From positions 12,764 to 76,763 of IMG/VR virus record IMGVR_UViG_3300017971_004103: 64,000 bases of DNA; one strand, given 5' to 3'. Source of the stretch: a virus. The notes beneath the pieces are model-generated. The model made no database searches, was not told where the DNA came from, and was given only the letters and a program-made list of their open reading frames with translations. Made by a program: the position numbers and the translations under genes. Of the stretch, positions 8,981-18,891 are shown piece after piece (position 1 is the stretch's first letter; every line of letters starts with the position of its first letter).

Positions 8981-10565
8981 TGTCATCATCCCATCGAGAA
9001 ATGAGATGTTTCTCAATAACACCATTGAAGACATCTTAAAAAACAGTGAAGCAGATACTGAGATTATTGTGTGTTTAGATGGTCAATGGCCGATTGATCC
9101 GATTAAACAACATCCAAAAGTAAAGATAATATTCTTCCCTGAAAGTATCGGTCAGAGAGCCGCGACAAACAGGGGCGCTCGGATATCAGATGCAAAATAT
9201 CTCATGAAACTAGATGCCCACTGTTCTTTTGCTAAAGGATTTGATCGAGTTCTTTTAGAAGATATTCAAGATGATTGGACTATAGTCCCTCTCATGCGAA
9301 ACCTCCATGCCTTTGATTGGGTATGTAAAAATGGACACCGTAAATATCAAGGGCCGACTCCGGGGAAATGTGGAGAATGTGGCGAGCCCATGAAGCGGGA
9401 AATATTGTGGCGAGCAAAACCAAGTCCCAAAAGTACCTCCTATCGTTTTGACCGTACCCTGCATTTTCAATACTGGGGAGAATACAAAAAGCATCAAAAG
9501 GGTGATCTTGTAGAGACAATGTCATTACAGGGGTCATGCTTTATGATGCGACGTGATCGTTATTTTGATTTAAATATCTGTGATGAGACTTGGGGATCAT
9601 GGGGCAATCAAGGAACGGAAGTTGCGGTAAAATCATGGTTATCGGGTGGTAGAGTAATAGTTGATAAGCGTACTTGGTATGCTCATATGTTTAGGACGCA
9701 GGGTGGGGACTTCGGATTTCCATATCCACAATCAGGCAAAGCAGTTGAACGTGCAAGACAATGTTCCAGGGATTTATTTTTAAATGATAAATGGGATAAA
9801 GCCGTTCATCCCTTTAGCTGGCTGATTAATAAATTTAAGCCACCAGATTGGGAAGATGTGTGGCAAAAAGAACCCGACAAAAAGCCGACATCCCCCACCA
9901 AAGGAATTGTCTACTATACGGATAATCGGCTTAACATGAAGTTGGCCAAATTATGCCGGAACTACATCAAGAAATCTAATCTTCCCATCACATCGGTAAC
10001 CTTAAAGTCAACAGGCTTCGGACATAATATTGTTGTTAAGTCTGAGCCTAGCTATAAGACCATGTTCAAACAGATATTGACCGGTCTTAAAGAAGCCAAA
10101 GAGGACATTATATTTTTATGCGAGCACGATGTCTTATATCATCCGTCTCATTTTGAGTTTACACCAGAGGAAGAAAACACATTTTATTATAACGGATATT
10201 ATTGGATGGTTCGGCTAAAAGACGGCTTTGCTATTAACTATGATGTCAGCCCGCTATCTGGATTAGTCGCCTACAGAGAACCACTCATTACTCATTTCGA
10301 AGAGCGTGTAGCACTAATTGAAAAACAGGGATTCGGTTATTATATGGGATTTGAACCGATGACTCATAAGCGTATCAAGTGGGAGAATTGGTATGACTTT
10401 AAAATATTTAAACCCCAATATCCTAATGTTGATTTAGCACACGAAGGAAATTTAACTAACAAAAGATGGACGCAAAAGAAGTTTATACGAAAACCAAAGT
10501 TTTGGAATGAAGGAAGTATTAATAATATAGAAGGCTGGCCTAATTTGCCAAAATTATTAAGCTAA
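8967..10565 (+). CDS. Two-domain glycosyltransferase (ppGalNAc-T-like domain plus divergent GT-A-like domain)
   Basis: LSVIIPSRNE, LDAHC, WGNQGTEVAVKSWLSGG...WYAHMFR; inserted CxxxH...CxxC Zn-ribbon; second domain with EHD motif. Confidence 0.85.
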   Translation: MPQLSVIIPSRNEMFLNNTIEDILKNSEADTEIIVCLDGQWPIDPIKQHPKVKIIFFPESIGQRAATNRGARISDAKYLMKLDAHCSFAKGFDRVLLEDIQDDWTIVPLMRNLHAFDWVCKNGHRKYQGPTPGKCGECGEPMKREILWRAKPSPKSTSYRFDRTLHFQYWGEYKKHQKGDLVETMSLQGSCFMMRRDRYFDLNICDETWGSWGNQGTEVAVKSWLSGGRVIVDKRTWYAHMFRTQGGDFGFPYPQSGKAVERARQCSRDLFLNDKWDKAVHPFSWLINKFKPPDWEDVWQKEPDKKPTSPTKGIVYYTDNRLNMKLAKLCRNYIKKSNLPITSVTLKSTGFGHNIVVKSEPSYKTMFKQILTGLKEAKEDIIFLCEHDVLYHPSHFEFTPEEENTFYYNGYYWMVRLKDGFAINYDVSPLSGLVAYREPLITHFEERVALIEKQGFGYYMGFEPMTHKRIKWENWYDFKIFKPQYPNVDLAHEGNLTNKRWTQKKFIRKPKFWNEGSINNIEGWPNLPKLLS

Positions 10566-10595
10566 CCCCCTTACGACTATAAGGGGGTTTTTATT
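10564..10595 (+). terminator. Rho-independent terminator
   Basis: AACCCCCTTA / TAAGGGGGTT stem followed by a T-tract. Confidence 0.7.
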
Positions 10596-10605
10596 AGGAA
10601 TAAAG

Positions 10606-13600
10606 ATGACTCGATATACCAATATAGTAATTATGATTTTCTTTTTTTTGTTGATTAGCTGTAGTAATGGCTGGTGTCTTATCAGTAAGACATTAAAATC
10701 ATCTGGGGGAGATTATGCCTCTTGGGAAGAAATGATAACCGATCTTACGACGACCTATAATGCTTTATCAGACGATCTTACCGTTACCGTATCCCCCGCA
10801 AAATATGTAGAAGATACATATGCACCCACCTGTACGATTGATCTAAACGGACATACTGTAATTATAAAGGCCATTGATGGATATGGGCCCCATTCGTCTG
10901 ATGGAAAAACAGGGCCGCAATTTGATTTACAACTCCCAGACTCTGCTCATCATTTTTTATTTCTTGATGCAAAAGATACCGGACAATTTATCGTTGAGGG
11001 ACTTACATTTGATGTAGATGAATCTTCTTCTAGTCCAGCCAATGTTTTTTATTTAGCCAATGATGCTGCATCTGTAGTAACGATTAGAAATTGTGTATTT
11101 AAGGGGCAACAAGATGAGGATGCGATCTATTCCTCTAATATAAACACTACTATCCGCATATACAACAATTTTTTCTATAATTTCTATACCGCCATTACTA
11201 CCCTGTTTCAAGCAACTGATAGTTTTATTGGGAATAATACTATTTATGGATGTGCTCAATATGGAATCAGCCTTTCCAGCAAAGACATTTTAGCCATGAA
11301 TAATCTGGTTTACAATAATGGAACGGATTTTTTATTACCTGGAAGTGCTACTGGATATAATAATCTGTGTAGTGACACTACCTGTGAAGATGGTGATTTT
11401 AGTACTGGCAACGGTAATCAACCATCTAAAACAGTATCTTTTACCTCTACATCTGATGATGAGTATTTCCTTGCATCTGATGAGGTGATAGCAATTGATG
11501 GTGGGACTGTAACTGCGTACGATGATCTAGTCGCTCATTATAGATTTGAAAGAGGATATCTAACAGAAGATAGTAGTGATAATAGTAACACTATAACGGC
11601 AGTAAGTGATCCGGCATCAATTATGTCTGATTACAGGGAAGGTAACGGAGCAATAGATTATGATAGTGATGATTATCATGTAAGGCCTGATGGGGATTTA
11701 AGCGATGATTTTCCTGGCAAACAAGATTCAGCCAATACAGACCTAACAGTATCGCTCTGGATAAGACCCACTGGAAGTGGTAGTAATAATCGAGACCTTA
11801 TTTCGATTGCTGCTGCCGGTACTGAGAACGGTAAAATATGGGCTGTGCGTATTGATGCAAGTGATAAAATATCATTTTTAAAAGGTTACGACAATGGTGC
11901 ATCATGGGAAACAACAACTTATAGTACTGCCCTAACAGAAGGAAGTTCTGCCCCCTGGTATAGAATAGATGTTACCTACGATGAATCAGGGGCAATAGGA
12001 GCAGCAAAGGGCGTTAGAATTAGGGTGTGGGATGATACGGCTAAAGCATGGTTAAGTAGTGATACAACAGCTACTCATGGCAATGCTATGGATACCAGCA
12101 CAACGTATACACCTGACTTTGTAATTAATGCCCTTAAATATAATGGAACTTATTATCCATATGATTGTGAAATGGATGGCATTAGAATTTACAATAGAGC
12201 ATTAACTCCTGACGAATTAGATGAAGCATGGACATTAAATCACGATGCCTTTAATAGACCAAGGGATACATCTCCAGACATCGGTGCTTATGAATATATT
12301 GCGCCAGTTGATTACTATGTTAGTGCAGACAATGGAGATAACAGTAATAATGGAACAAGCACCTCTACTGAATGGGAAGATTTTACTAATGTCGATAGTA
12401 TGATATTCAATCCAGGTGATACGCTTAATCTAGCAATGGATGATGAATGGAATGATACTTTATGGATTACTGCCGTTGGTTCTACTGTAAATGGAAATGG
12501 GGTTACAGTAACAAAATATATTGATGATACAAGCACCACAAATCCTATAATACATGGTACATCCGGTAGTTATGGTATCAATTATAAAACCTCATCTCAT
12601 GTAATAACTGAAAATATAATAGCAGAAAGTTGTAGTTCTCATGGTATTTATGCTGCGAGTGCAAATGATTTAACTTTTACAAATGTAGAATCAAATCGCA
12701 ATGGTGGAGAAGGTGTAGATACAAGTATTTACAGTGGATTTACTTTTTATGCTATCGATAATCTTAATCTTACAAACTGTACTGGTAATTGGAATCATGG
12801 ACATGGCTTTTATCTAGGATATACAAATGATGGAACTTGTAATATTGCTGGATCAACATTTAATTATAATGGTCTTATACATGGAAATAAACAAGGATTT
12901 GGCATTCTAACGAGTTGTTACGCAGATAGTGGATATGATGATATCTTAAATGTAACTAACACAATTGCTAATTATAATGGATATATTGGTATCGGGCCTG
13001 GTACAAACAGTATTATAGATAATTGTACGGCTAATTATAATGGAGATGGTTGGGGAACACAGGGAGTAAAGATATTCTCTGGTACATTAACTGGGAATTT
13101 AGGTGATCTCGATACTGTTACACAAGAAAATACTAATGCTGCAGGAATAGTTCATCACTGCAATTCATCTTATTTTATAAAAGATGGACATAGTATTTGG
13201 TTATCACTATGGGAAGAATCTGGCACTTTTAATGGTACAGATAAAATTGTAAAAGATGTAAGTAATTATTGGGAACCTACTACTGTAATTGATTATGAGC
13301 CTGATTCTGACTGGTCTGGGGGGGGGATGGATTTAAGAAATAGTGATAATACAATAGTTAGGTATTGTTTAGCAATTGGCAATCTTACAGTTTATCATGT
13401 CGGAATAGATGGCTATGGCATTAATATAGATGATGAAACTGATGGGGCAAAGGTTTATTATAGTATAAGTACGTTTAATCGTGGCGCCGGTTTCAAGATA
13501 CATAATTCCGGTAAAGTAGCAATGAATTATTTATATCACTGTCTTTCATATGGAAATAGTGTATCTGTAGCTACTGCTGCTGGTATACATATTGCAGATT

Positions 13601-14388
13601 TAGAGGGCGGGGATGTTACTATTAAAAATTGCATATCTCTATTAGATACAAATTGGGCTTTCAGGGTAGCTGCTGCTAGTTTAGACACAGAAACACTGGT
13701 ACTAGATTATAATAATTATTACATGGGGGCAGGAGAGCAAGATTTGGTTAGGTGGGGAACAACTGAATATACCTCATTAGAATTTGAAGATTATCAAACC
13801 GATACTGGGCAGGATGTGAATTCAATAGCTACTGATCCCTCATTGGTTGATCCCGCCAATGGTGATTATAGACTAGCATTTGATTCACCTTGCATTGATA
13901 CTGGAGTTGACTTAACGGGAAGTACAGAAGCCACAGACTATCATGGAAACTCTGTTCCCGTTGATGGTGATCAGGCTGGTGGAGGGCAATCTGATATAGG
14001 TCATTATGAATATTCAATTGGATGGAAATGGGGAGCTGCATCAGAGGAGGCGGGATATCATGATGATGGATTAACCGAAAGGGGATGGACCGAGGGAACT
14101 GGTGCTATATCTGGTGATAGCCAAACAGGAATACTTGAATTAGATGATGATGAATATTTATTGGGGCCAGTGATAAATACCGGAAGTACAGCTACAAAGC
14201 ATTTGTCTATTTCCAAGGGCAGCGAATCTGGAACCGGCACTTTATGCTGGCGTGGTCAATCAACTAAATTTGAACAAACTGATACCGATCCTAGTTGGGA
14301 AGTATATAGCAAAAGTGAGAATAAGGATTGGCAATATGTCCAAATAGCTGTTGACAACGACGATGACAACTGTGCGTCTCTACCATAG
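10606..14388 (+). CDS. Large signal-peptide protein with right-handed beta-helix repeats, LamG-like domain and choice-of-anchor-Q-like motifs
   Basis: Hydrophobic N-terminus; NN-rich helix repeats; LVAHYRFE...IRIYNRALT (LamG); DPSLVDPANGDYRL...SPCIDTG and DIGAYEY. Confidence 0.75.
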   Translation: MTRYTNIVIMIFFFLLISCSNGWCLISKTLKSSGGDYASWEEMITDLTTTYNALSDDLTVTVSPAKYVEDTYAPTCTIDLNGHTVIIKAIDGYGPHSSDGKTGPQFDLQLPDSAHHFLFLDAKDTGQFIVEGLTFDVDESSSSPANVFYLANDAASVVTIRNCVFKGQQDEDAIYSSNINTTIRIYNNFFYNFYTAITTLFQATDSFIGNNTIYGCAQYGISLSSKDILAMNNLVYNNGTDFLLPGSATGYNNLCSDTTCEDGDFSTGNGNQPSKTVSFTSTSDDEYFLASDEVIAIDGGTVTAYDDLVAHYRFERGYLTEDSSDNSNTITAVSDPASIMSDYREGNGAIDYDSDDYHVRPDGDLSDDFPGKQDSANTDLTVSLWIRPTGSGSNNRDLISIAAAGTENGKIWAVRIDASDKISFLKGYDNGASWETTTYSTALTEGSSAPWYRIDVTYDESGAIGAAKGVRIRVWDDTAKAWLSSDTTATHGNAMDTSTTYTPDFVINALKYNGTYYPYDCEMDGIRIYNRALTPDELDEAWTLNHDAFNRPRDTSPDIGAYEYIAPVDYYVSADNGDNSNNGTSTSTEWEDFTNVDSMIFNPGDTLNLAMDDEWNDTLWITAVGSTVNGNGVTVTKYIDDTSTTNPIIHGTSGSYGINYKTSSHVITENIIAESCSSHGIYAASANDLTFTNVESNRNGGEGVDTSIYSGFTFYAIDNLNLTNCTGNWNHGHGFYLGYTNDGTCNIAGSTFNYNGLIHGNKQGFGILTSCYADSGYDDILNVTNTIANYNGYIGIGPGTNSIIDNCTANYNGDGWGTQGVKIFSGTLTGNLGDLDTVTQENTNAAGIVHHCNSSYFIKDGHSIWLSLWEESGTFNGTDKIVKDVSNYWEPTTVIDYEPDSDWSGGGMDLRNSDNTIVRYCLAIGNLTVYHVGIDGYGINIDDETDGAKVYYSISTFNRGAGFKIHNSGKVAMNYLYHCLSYGNSVSVATAAGIHIADLEGGDVTIKNCISLLDTNWAFRVAAASLDTETLVLDYNNYYMGAGEQDLVRWGTTEYTSLEFEDYQTDTGQDVNSIATDPSLVDPANGDYRLAFDSPCIDTGVDLTGSTEATDYHGNSVPVDGDQAGGGQSDIGHYEYSIGWKWGAASEEAGYHDDGLTERGWTEGTGAISGDSQTGILELDDDEYLLGPVINTGSTATKHLSISKGSESGTGTLCWRGQSTKFEQTDTDPSWEVYSKSENKDWQYVQIAVDNDDDNCASLP

Positions 14389-14396
14389 GTAAAAAT

Positions 14397-14570
14397 ATGA
14401 ATAAGCTTGAATATCTTAAAAAGAAATTAAGAATAATAAAAATCCTTTTAATAATGATTCCTATAATTGGAGGATTAGTTTATTCATTTATTATTAAAGA
14501 GTATTTTGAAACAAAACGAGAAATATATAAAATACAGGGCATTCGGCTAGTTGTGGCCCCGGCGAAGTAG
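14397..14570 (+). CDS. 57-aa single-TM protein
   Basis: Own translation: MNKLEYLKKKLRIIKILLIMIPIIGGLVYSFIIKEYF... Confidence 0.4.
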   Translation: MNKLEYLKKKLRIIKILLIMIPIIGGLVYSFIIKEYFETKREIYKIQGIRLVVAPAK

Positions 14571-14582
14571 GTGAAACAGTAA

Positions 14583-17500
14583 TTGGTGCAGTGGACAATT
14601 GACGATATAAAATTAGGACAGGGGCCATCTGATAGTCCATCTGTTTCACCATCAGTAAGTCCATCTGCTTCAGTATCACCGTCAGCCAGTGAATCGCCTA
14701 GTGTATCCCCCAGTGCGAGCGTTTCTCCTAGCGCGAGTGAATCGCCGAGCATGAGTCCTTCGGCATCTATTAGCCCATCGGCCAGCGAAAGCCCAAGCAT
14801 ATCACCGTCGGCCAGTGAATCTCCGTCAGAATCACCAAGCGTTTCACCGAGTATTTCTCCTTCGGCCTCTGAATCGCCGAGCGTAAGCCCGTCAGCCTCA
14901 GAAAGCCCATCTGTTTCGCCGTCCGCTTCTGTGAGTCCAAGTGCTTCTGAGTCGCCAAGTATATCTCCGAGTACTTCTGAATCACCATCGGAATCACCTT
15001 CAGTTAGCCCTTCCACCTCCATTAGTCCTAGTGTATCACCCTCTGCATCTGTCAGTCCATCTGAAAATTTATTTGATTACAATCAATCATTTGATGAATT
15101 AAATGATGGCGCCATAGATGGTCAGGATGGTTGGACGGAAGACCCCTTCGATAATGGTGCAATTGTTCAAACCAGTGTGGTATTTCATGGTGCAAAGGCA
15201 CTATCTTTTCCTATTGGCGAAGCAGATGATGAGATTATAGCTTATAGGGATTTTGCCGAGTATTTTACTGCTGGTACATTATATTTTGCCATACGTTTTT
15301 CTGATTTTTCTAATTGGGAAACAACTGAATATAGTACTATAGCACCCCTATATAATGATATCGGAAGCCTTATTTCACTTAGACCCGATGGTAATGACTT
15401 AAAAATAAGGGTTGAAGAAACTGGATATGGAACAAGCCATAGCAACTTAATTGAAACTATTTCTAATATTCAAGATAATACTTGGTATGCAATTGGTATA
15501 GAATGGGATATTTCACGCGGTACTAAAGGACAGGCAAGAGTACAGGTAAATTCGGGAGAATGGAGCGATTGGGTAGATTATTATGCAGAAGATTTACAGG
15601 GATTTAATTGCATATATTTGCATTGTGCTACTGGTGCTGGTAGAGGTTGCACTTTTTATTTTGATGAGATAAATTCTGAGGAAATAGAATCTAGTAGTAT
15701 TTCACCCTCGACCAGTGAATCGCCCAGCGTATCTCCTAGTAGTAGTGAAAGTCCATCGGTATCGCCCAGCACGAGCATATCTCCCAGTGAGAGCCCCTCC
15801 GAGAGTCCGAGTTTGTCGCCGTCTTCATCGGAATCTCCCTCTGTTAGTCCAAGTGCTTCGGTATCACCTTCAAGTTCAGAATCACCATCAGTGAGTCCGT
15901 CTACTTCGACCTCACCATCAGAATCACCTAGTATCAGTCCGAGCAGTTCAGCTAGCCCATCGGTATCGCCCAGTGCATCTGTTAGCCCTTCGGCGAGTGA
16001 ATCTCCTAGCGTTTCGCCCTCGACAAGTGAGAGTCCCTCAATAAGTCCGTCGGCTTCTATCAGTCCGAGTATTTCACCGAGTAGTAGCGAATCACCCAGT
16101 ATTTCACCATCTGCCTCCATTTCGCCATCTACCTCGGAAAGTCCCTCAGTATCGCCGTCGAGTTCGGAGAGCCCCTCAGCTTCTCCTAGTGCTAGTATTA
16201 GTCCTAGCACCTCGGAGTCGCCGAGTTTAAGCCCTAGCACAAGTGAGTCTCCATCGGTATCACCTAGTACATCTGAATCACCTAGTGAGTCACCGAGTAG
16301 TTCAGAGTCACCGTCAGTTAGTCCCTCGGCCAGCGTGAGCCCATCAAGTAGCGAGTCACCATCGACCAGTCCCTCAAGTTCCGAGTCACCCTCAATCAGT
16401 CCTAGCACTAGCGAGTCGCCATCAATATCACCGTCAGCAAGTGTATCACCGAGTGAGAGTTCATCAGAATCTTCTTCTCTTAGCCCCAGCGCTTCGGTTA
16501 GTCCGTCAATATCCCCAAGTAGTTCCGAATCGCCGTCATTGTCACCAAGTGCCAGTGTAAGCCCATCGGTAGGGTCGGCATCATTATCACCAAGTTCCAG
16601 TATATCGCCCTCGGTATCACCGAGTGCCTCTTTATCACCATCATCTTCAATTAGTCCGTCAAGCTCCGAGAGCCCGTCGGTGTCTCCATCGAGTTCAGAG
16701 AGTCCGAGTGTCAGTCCATCTTCAAGCGAGAGCCCCAGCGTCAGTCCCAGTGCATCAATTTCACCGAGTATTTCGCCGTCAGCTTCGGTTTCTCCATCAT
16801 CCTCAGAGTCGCCCTCCGTGAGTTCGTCGAGTTCCGAAAGTCCTAGTTTGAGCCCTTCATCATCGGAATCACCCTCGGTCAGTCCATCAGCGAGTGTCAG
16901 TCCCTCAAGTTCGATCAGTCCGTCAGTCTCTCCCTCGGCGTCAGTTAGTCCATCAACCAGTGAGAGCCCGTCGGTATCGCCAAGCGCAAGTGAGTCACCC
17001 AGTAGTAGTGAGTCACTCTCGGTGAGTCCATCGGCCTCTATTTCTCCGAGCAGCTCAGAGAGCCCCAGTGTCTCTCCCTCAGCATCAGAATCGCCAAGCC
17101 CGTCTGAGGGTTCTTCTTCTGAATCACCGTCTGAAAGTCCAAGCGTATCGCCGAGTGCTAGTATCAGTCCGAGTACATCAGAATCTCCATCTGTCAGTCC
17201 CTCGGCCAGCGTGAGCCCTTCAACCTCAATATCACCCTCGGTATCGCCAAGCGCCTCCGAGAGTCCCTCAGTCTCACCCTCGGTCAGTATGAGTCCCTCA
17301 GTCTCACCGAGCGCAAGTGAGTCGCCTTCAATATCACCGTCAAGTTCGGAAAGTCCATCGTTGAGCCCCAGTGCTTCCCTATCTCCATCGGCTAGTGAAA
17401 GCCCATCAGTCTCTCCGTCGGCATCCGTTAGTCCAAGTGCTTCCGTAAGCCCATCATGTGAGCCAGGGGAATATGAAAACCTGACAATCTACGACAAGGT

Positions 17501-18542
17501 AGATGAAGGAAATGATATAACTGTTGAATGCACTAAATCAACCTTCATTAATCTGGATAATTTAGATGAGGCTCATTTATCAAGGGATTTTGGCATAGAC
17601 TATTTTCAAAATTTTAGTATTGATTTTGAAGCTCAGATCACTTCCGTATCAAATGGTTCCGTTGTCGGGTTAATTGGAGTTACAAATTTACCGGAATCGA
17701 TAATGCCATGTGATCATGGGATTTTTGTTGATGTTAATGATGATCGCAAAGTTTATTTGATTGATCGAGACAGTGGATCGGGCATAACCTCTGGTGCTCT
17801 TACATTAAGCACAACTTATTATTTCACGTTTAGGCGAGATGAAAGTACAGCTTATGTAGATATTTACACGGATTCAGACAGAAACAATCTATTTCAAACC
17901 ATATCGCTTGAATGTGAAGCCATTAACTGGCGATATTTACAGGTAACTACATCACAAGAATGGGGATCAACTCCTGATAGGCTATGTTCTGGATGGGTAG
18001 ATCATGTATTAATTAATTATGCCTATAGTCCCTCATCTTCGGAAAGTCCTTCAGTAAGTCCGAGTGCGAGTTTATCGCCGTCAGCATCAGCCTCTCCCTC
18101 GGTGAGTCCTTCGGCATCTATTAGCCCATCGGTCTCCCCGAGTGCGAGCGTTTCTCCGTCGAGTTCGGAGTCGCTGTCGGTCTCACCTTCAGCCTCAGAA
18201 AGTCCGAGTGAGAGTCCTTCGGCCTCAGAATCACCCAGCGTGAGTCCTAGCGCCTCAGAGAGTCCGAGCCTTTCTCCCTCTGCGAGCATAAGCCCGTCGA
18301 GTTCCGAAAGTCCCTCGATAAGTCCCAGTGCATCAATTTCACCGAGTACCTCTGAGAGCCCGAGCATGTCGCCGAGCGCATCAGAATCACCTAGCGTTAG
18401 TCCATCTTCTAGTTTAAGTCCATCGATTTCACCGTCGGTTAGTCCCTCGGCTTCGGTTAGCCCCAGCGTATCACCGAGTGCATATGGTGAATCAAGATAT
18501 AGCTTCAAAAAACACATCAACAAGAGCTTTGAGGTAAAGTAA
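14583..18542 (+). CDS. Mucin-like Ser/Pro-rich repeat protein with two globular (lectin/jelly-roll-like) inserts; putative glycosylated virion fibre
   Basis: AGGTGA RBS plus TTG start; three SPSxS blocks separated by two ~200-aa aromatic-rich beta domains. Confidence 0.8.
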   Translation: MVQWTIDDIKLGQGPSDSPSVSPSVSPSASVSPSASESPSVSPSASVSPSASESPSMSPSASISPSASESPSISPSASESPSESPSVSPSISPSASESPSVSPSASESPSVSPSASVSPSASESPSISPSTSESPSESPSVSPSTSISPSVSPSASVSPSENLFDYNQSFDELNDGAIDGQDGWTEDPFDNGAIVQTSVVFHGAKALSFPIGEADDEIIAYRDFAEYFTAGTLYFAIRFSDFSNWETTEYSTIAPLYNDIGSLISLRPDGNDLKIRVEETGYGTSHSNLIETISNIQDNTWYAIGIEWDISRGTKGQARVQVNSGEWSDWVDYYAEDLQGFNCIYLHCATGAGRGCTFYFDEINSEEIESSSISPSTSESPSVSPSSSESPSVSPSTSISPSESPSESPSLSPSSSESPSVSPSASVSPSSSESPSVSPSTSTSPSESPSISPSSSASPSVSPSASVSPSASESPSVSPSTSESPSISPSASISPSISPSSSESPSISPSASISPSTSESPSVSPSSSESPSASPSASISPSTSESPSLSPSTSESPSVSPSTSESPSESPSSSESPSVSPSASVSPSSSESPSTSPSSSESPSISPSTSESPSISPSASVSPSESSSESSSLSPSASVSPSISPSSSESPSLSPSASVSPSVGSASLSPSSSISPSVSPSASLSPSSSISPSSSESPSVSPSSSESPSVSPSSSESPSVSPSASISPSISPSASVSPSSSESPSVSSSSSESPSLSPSSSESPSVSPSASVSPSSSISPSVSPSASVSPSTSESPSVSPSASESPSSSESLSVSPSASISPSSSESPSVSPSASESPSPSEGSSSESPSESPSVSPSASISPSTSESPSVSPSASVSPSTSISPSVSPSASESPSVSPSVSMSPSVSPSASESPSISPSSSESPSLSPSASLSPSASESPSVSPSASVSPSASVSPSCEPGEYENLTIYDKVDEGNDITVECTKSTFINLDNLDEAHLSRDFGIDYFQNFSIDFEAQITSVSNGSVVGLIGVTNLPESIMPCDHGIFVDVNDDRKVYLIDRDSGSGITSGALTLSTTYYFTFRRDESTAYVDIYTDSDRNNLFQTISLECEAINWRYLQVTTSQEWGSTPDRLCSGWVDHVLINYAYSPSSSESPSVSPSASLSPSASASPSVSPSASISPSVSPSASVSPSSSESLSVSPSASESPSESPSASESPSVSPSASESPSLSPSASISPSSSESPSISPSASISPSTSESPSMSPSASESPSVSPSSSLSPSISPSVSPSASVSPSVSPSAYGESRYSFKKHINKSFEVK
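14628..15062 (+). repeat. Ser-x coding repeat block 1 (SPS[AVIE]S..., ~145 aa)
   Basis: Ser at alternate codons in the translation. Confidence 0.9.
15690..17456 (+). repeat. Ser-x coding repeat block 2 (~589 aa)
   Basis: Ser at alternate codons in the translation. Confidence 0.9.
18027..18479 (+). repeat. Ser-x coding repeat block 3 (~151 aa)
   Basis: Ser at alternate codons in the translation. Confidence 0.9.
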
Positions 18543-18868
18543 TGGATACAGATTTTGAAAAATATACATACGAACAATTTCCCATTGAGTGTGATTTTGC
18601 CAATGTTTTGGATACTGGAGAAACATTGGTAGTCGCAAATTGTGAAATAAAGATTTATGATGAAGATGGTAAAGACGTAACTACAGCCATGTATGTAGAT
18701 GGTTCAATAAGTGTTGCGGATGGTAGCAAAACAAGTTCAAAATTAAAGGCAAAGATCAAGGCTGGAACTGCAGATGCTAAATATACGGTTAAGTTTAAGG
18801 CTACAAGTAGTGCTTCAAATAAATTTCAATTAGATAAAACTCTTTACGTAAAGTACGAAAATACCTAA
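18542..18868 (+). CDS. Fibre adaptor-like Ig-fold virion protein
   Basis: FEK...E......DF...L..GET...KAGT....Y.V...AT pattern seen in phage fibre adaptors; TAATG coupling to the Ser/Pro gene. Confidence 0.55.
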   Translation: MDTDFEKYTYEQFPIECDFANVLDTGETLVVANCEIKIYDEDGKDVTTAMYVDGSISVADGSKTSSKLKAKIKAGTADAKYTVKFKATSSASNKFQLDKTLYVKYENT

Positions 18869-18891
18869 TTGATAACCGCAAGGTAGATTAA

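Noticed and set aside
14397-14585. Possible stop readthrough fusing the TM ORF at 14397 to the in-frame Ser/Pro protein
   Set aside because: Two in-frame stops (TAG 14568, TAA 14580) intervene, and an AGGTGA RBS precedes TTG 14583.
14480-18577. Long minus-strand ORFs (GDSEAEGLT... repeats) opposite the Ser/Pro gene
   Set aside because: Antisense shadows of low-complexity Ser/Pro codons; no RBS or operon context.
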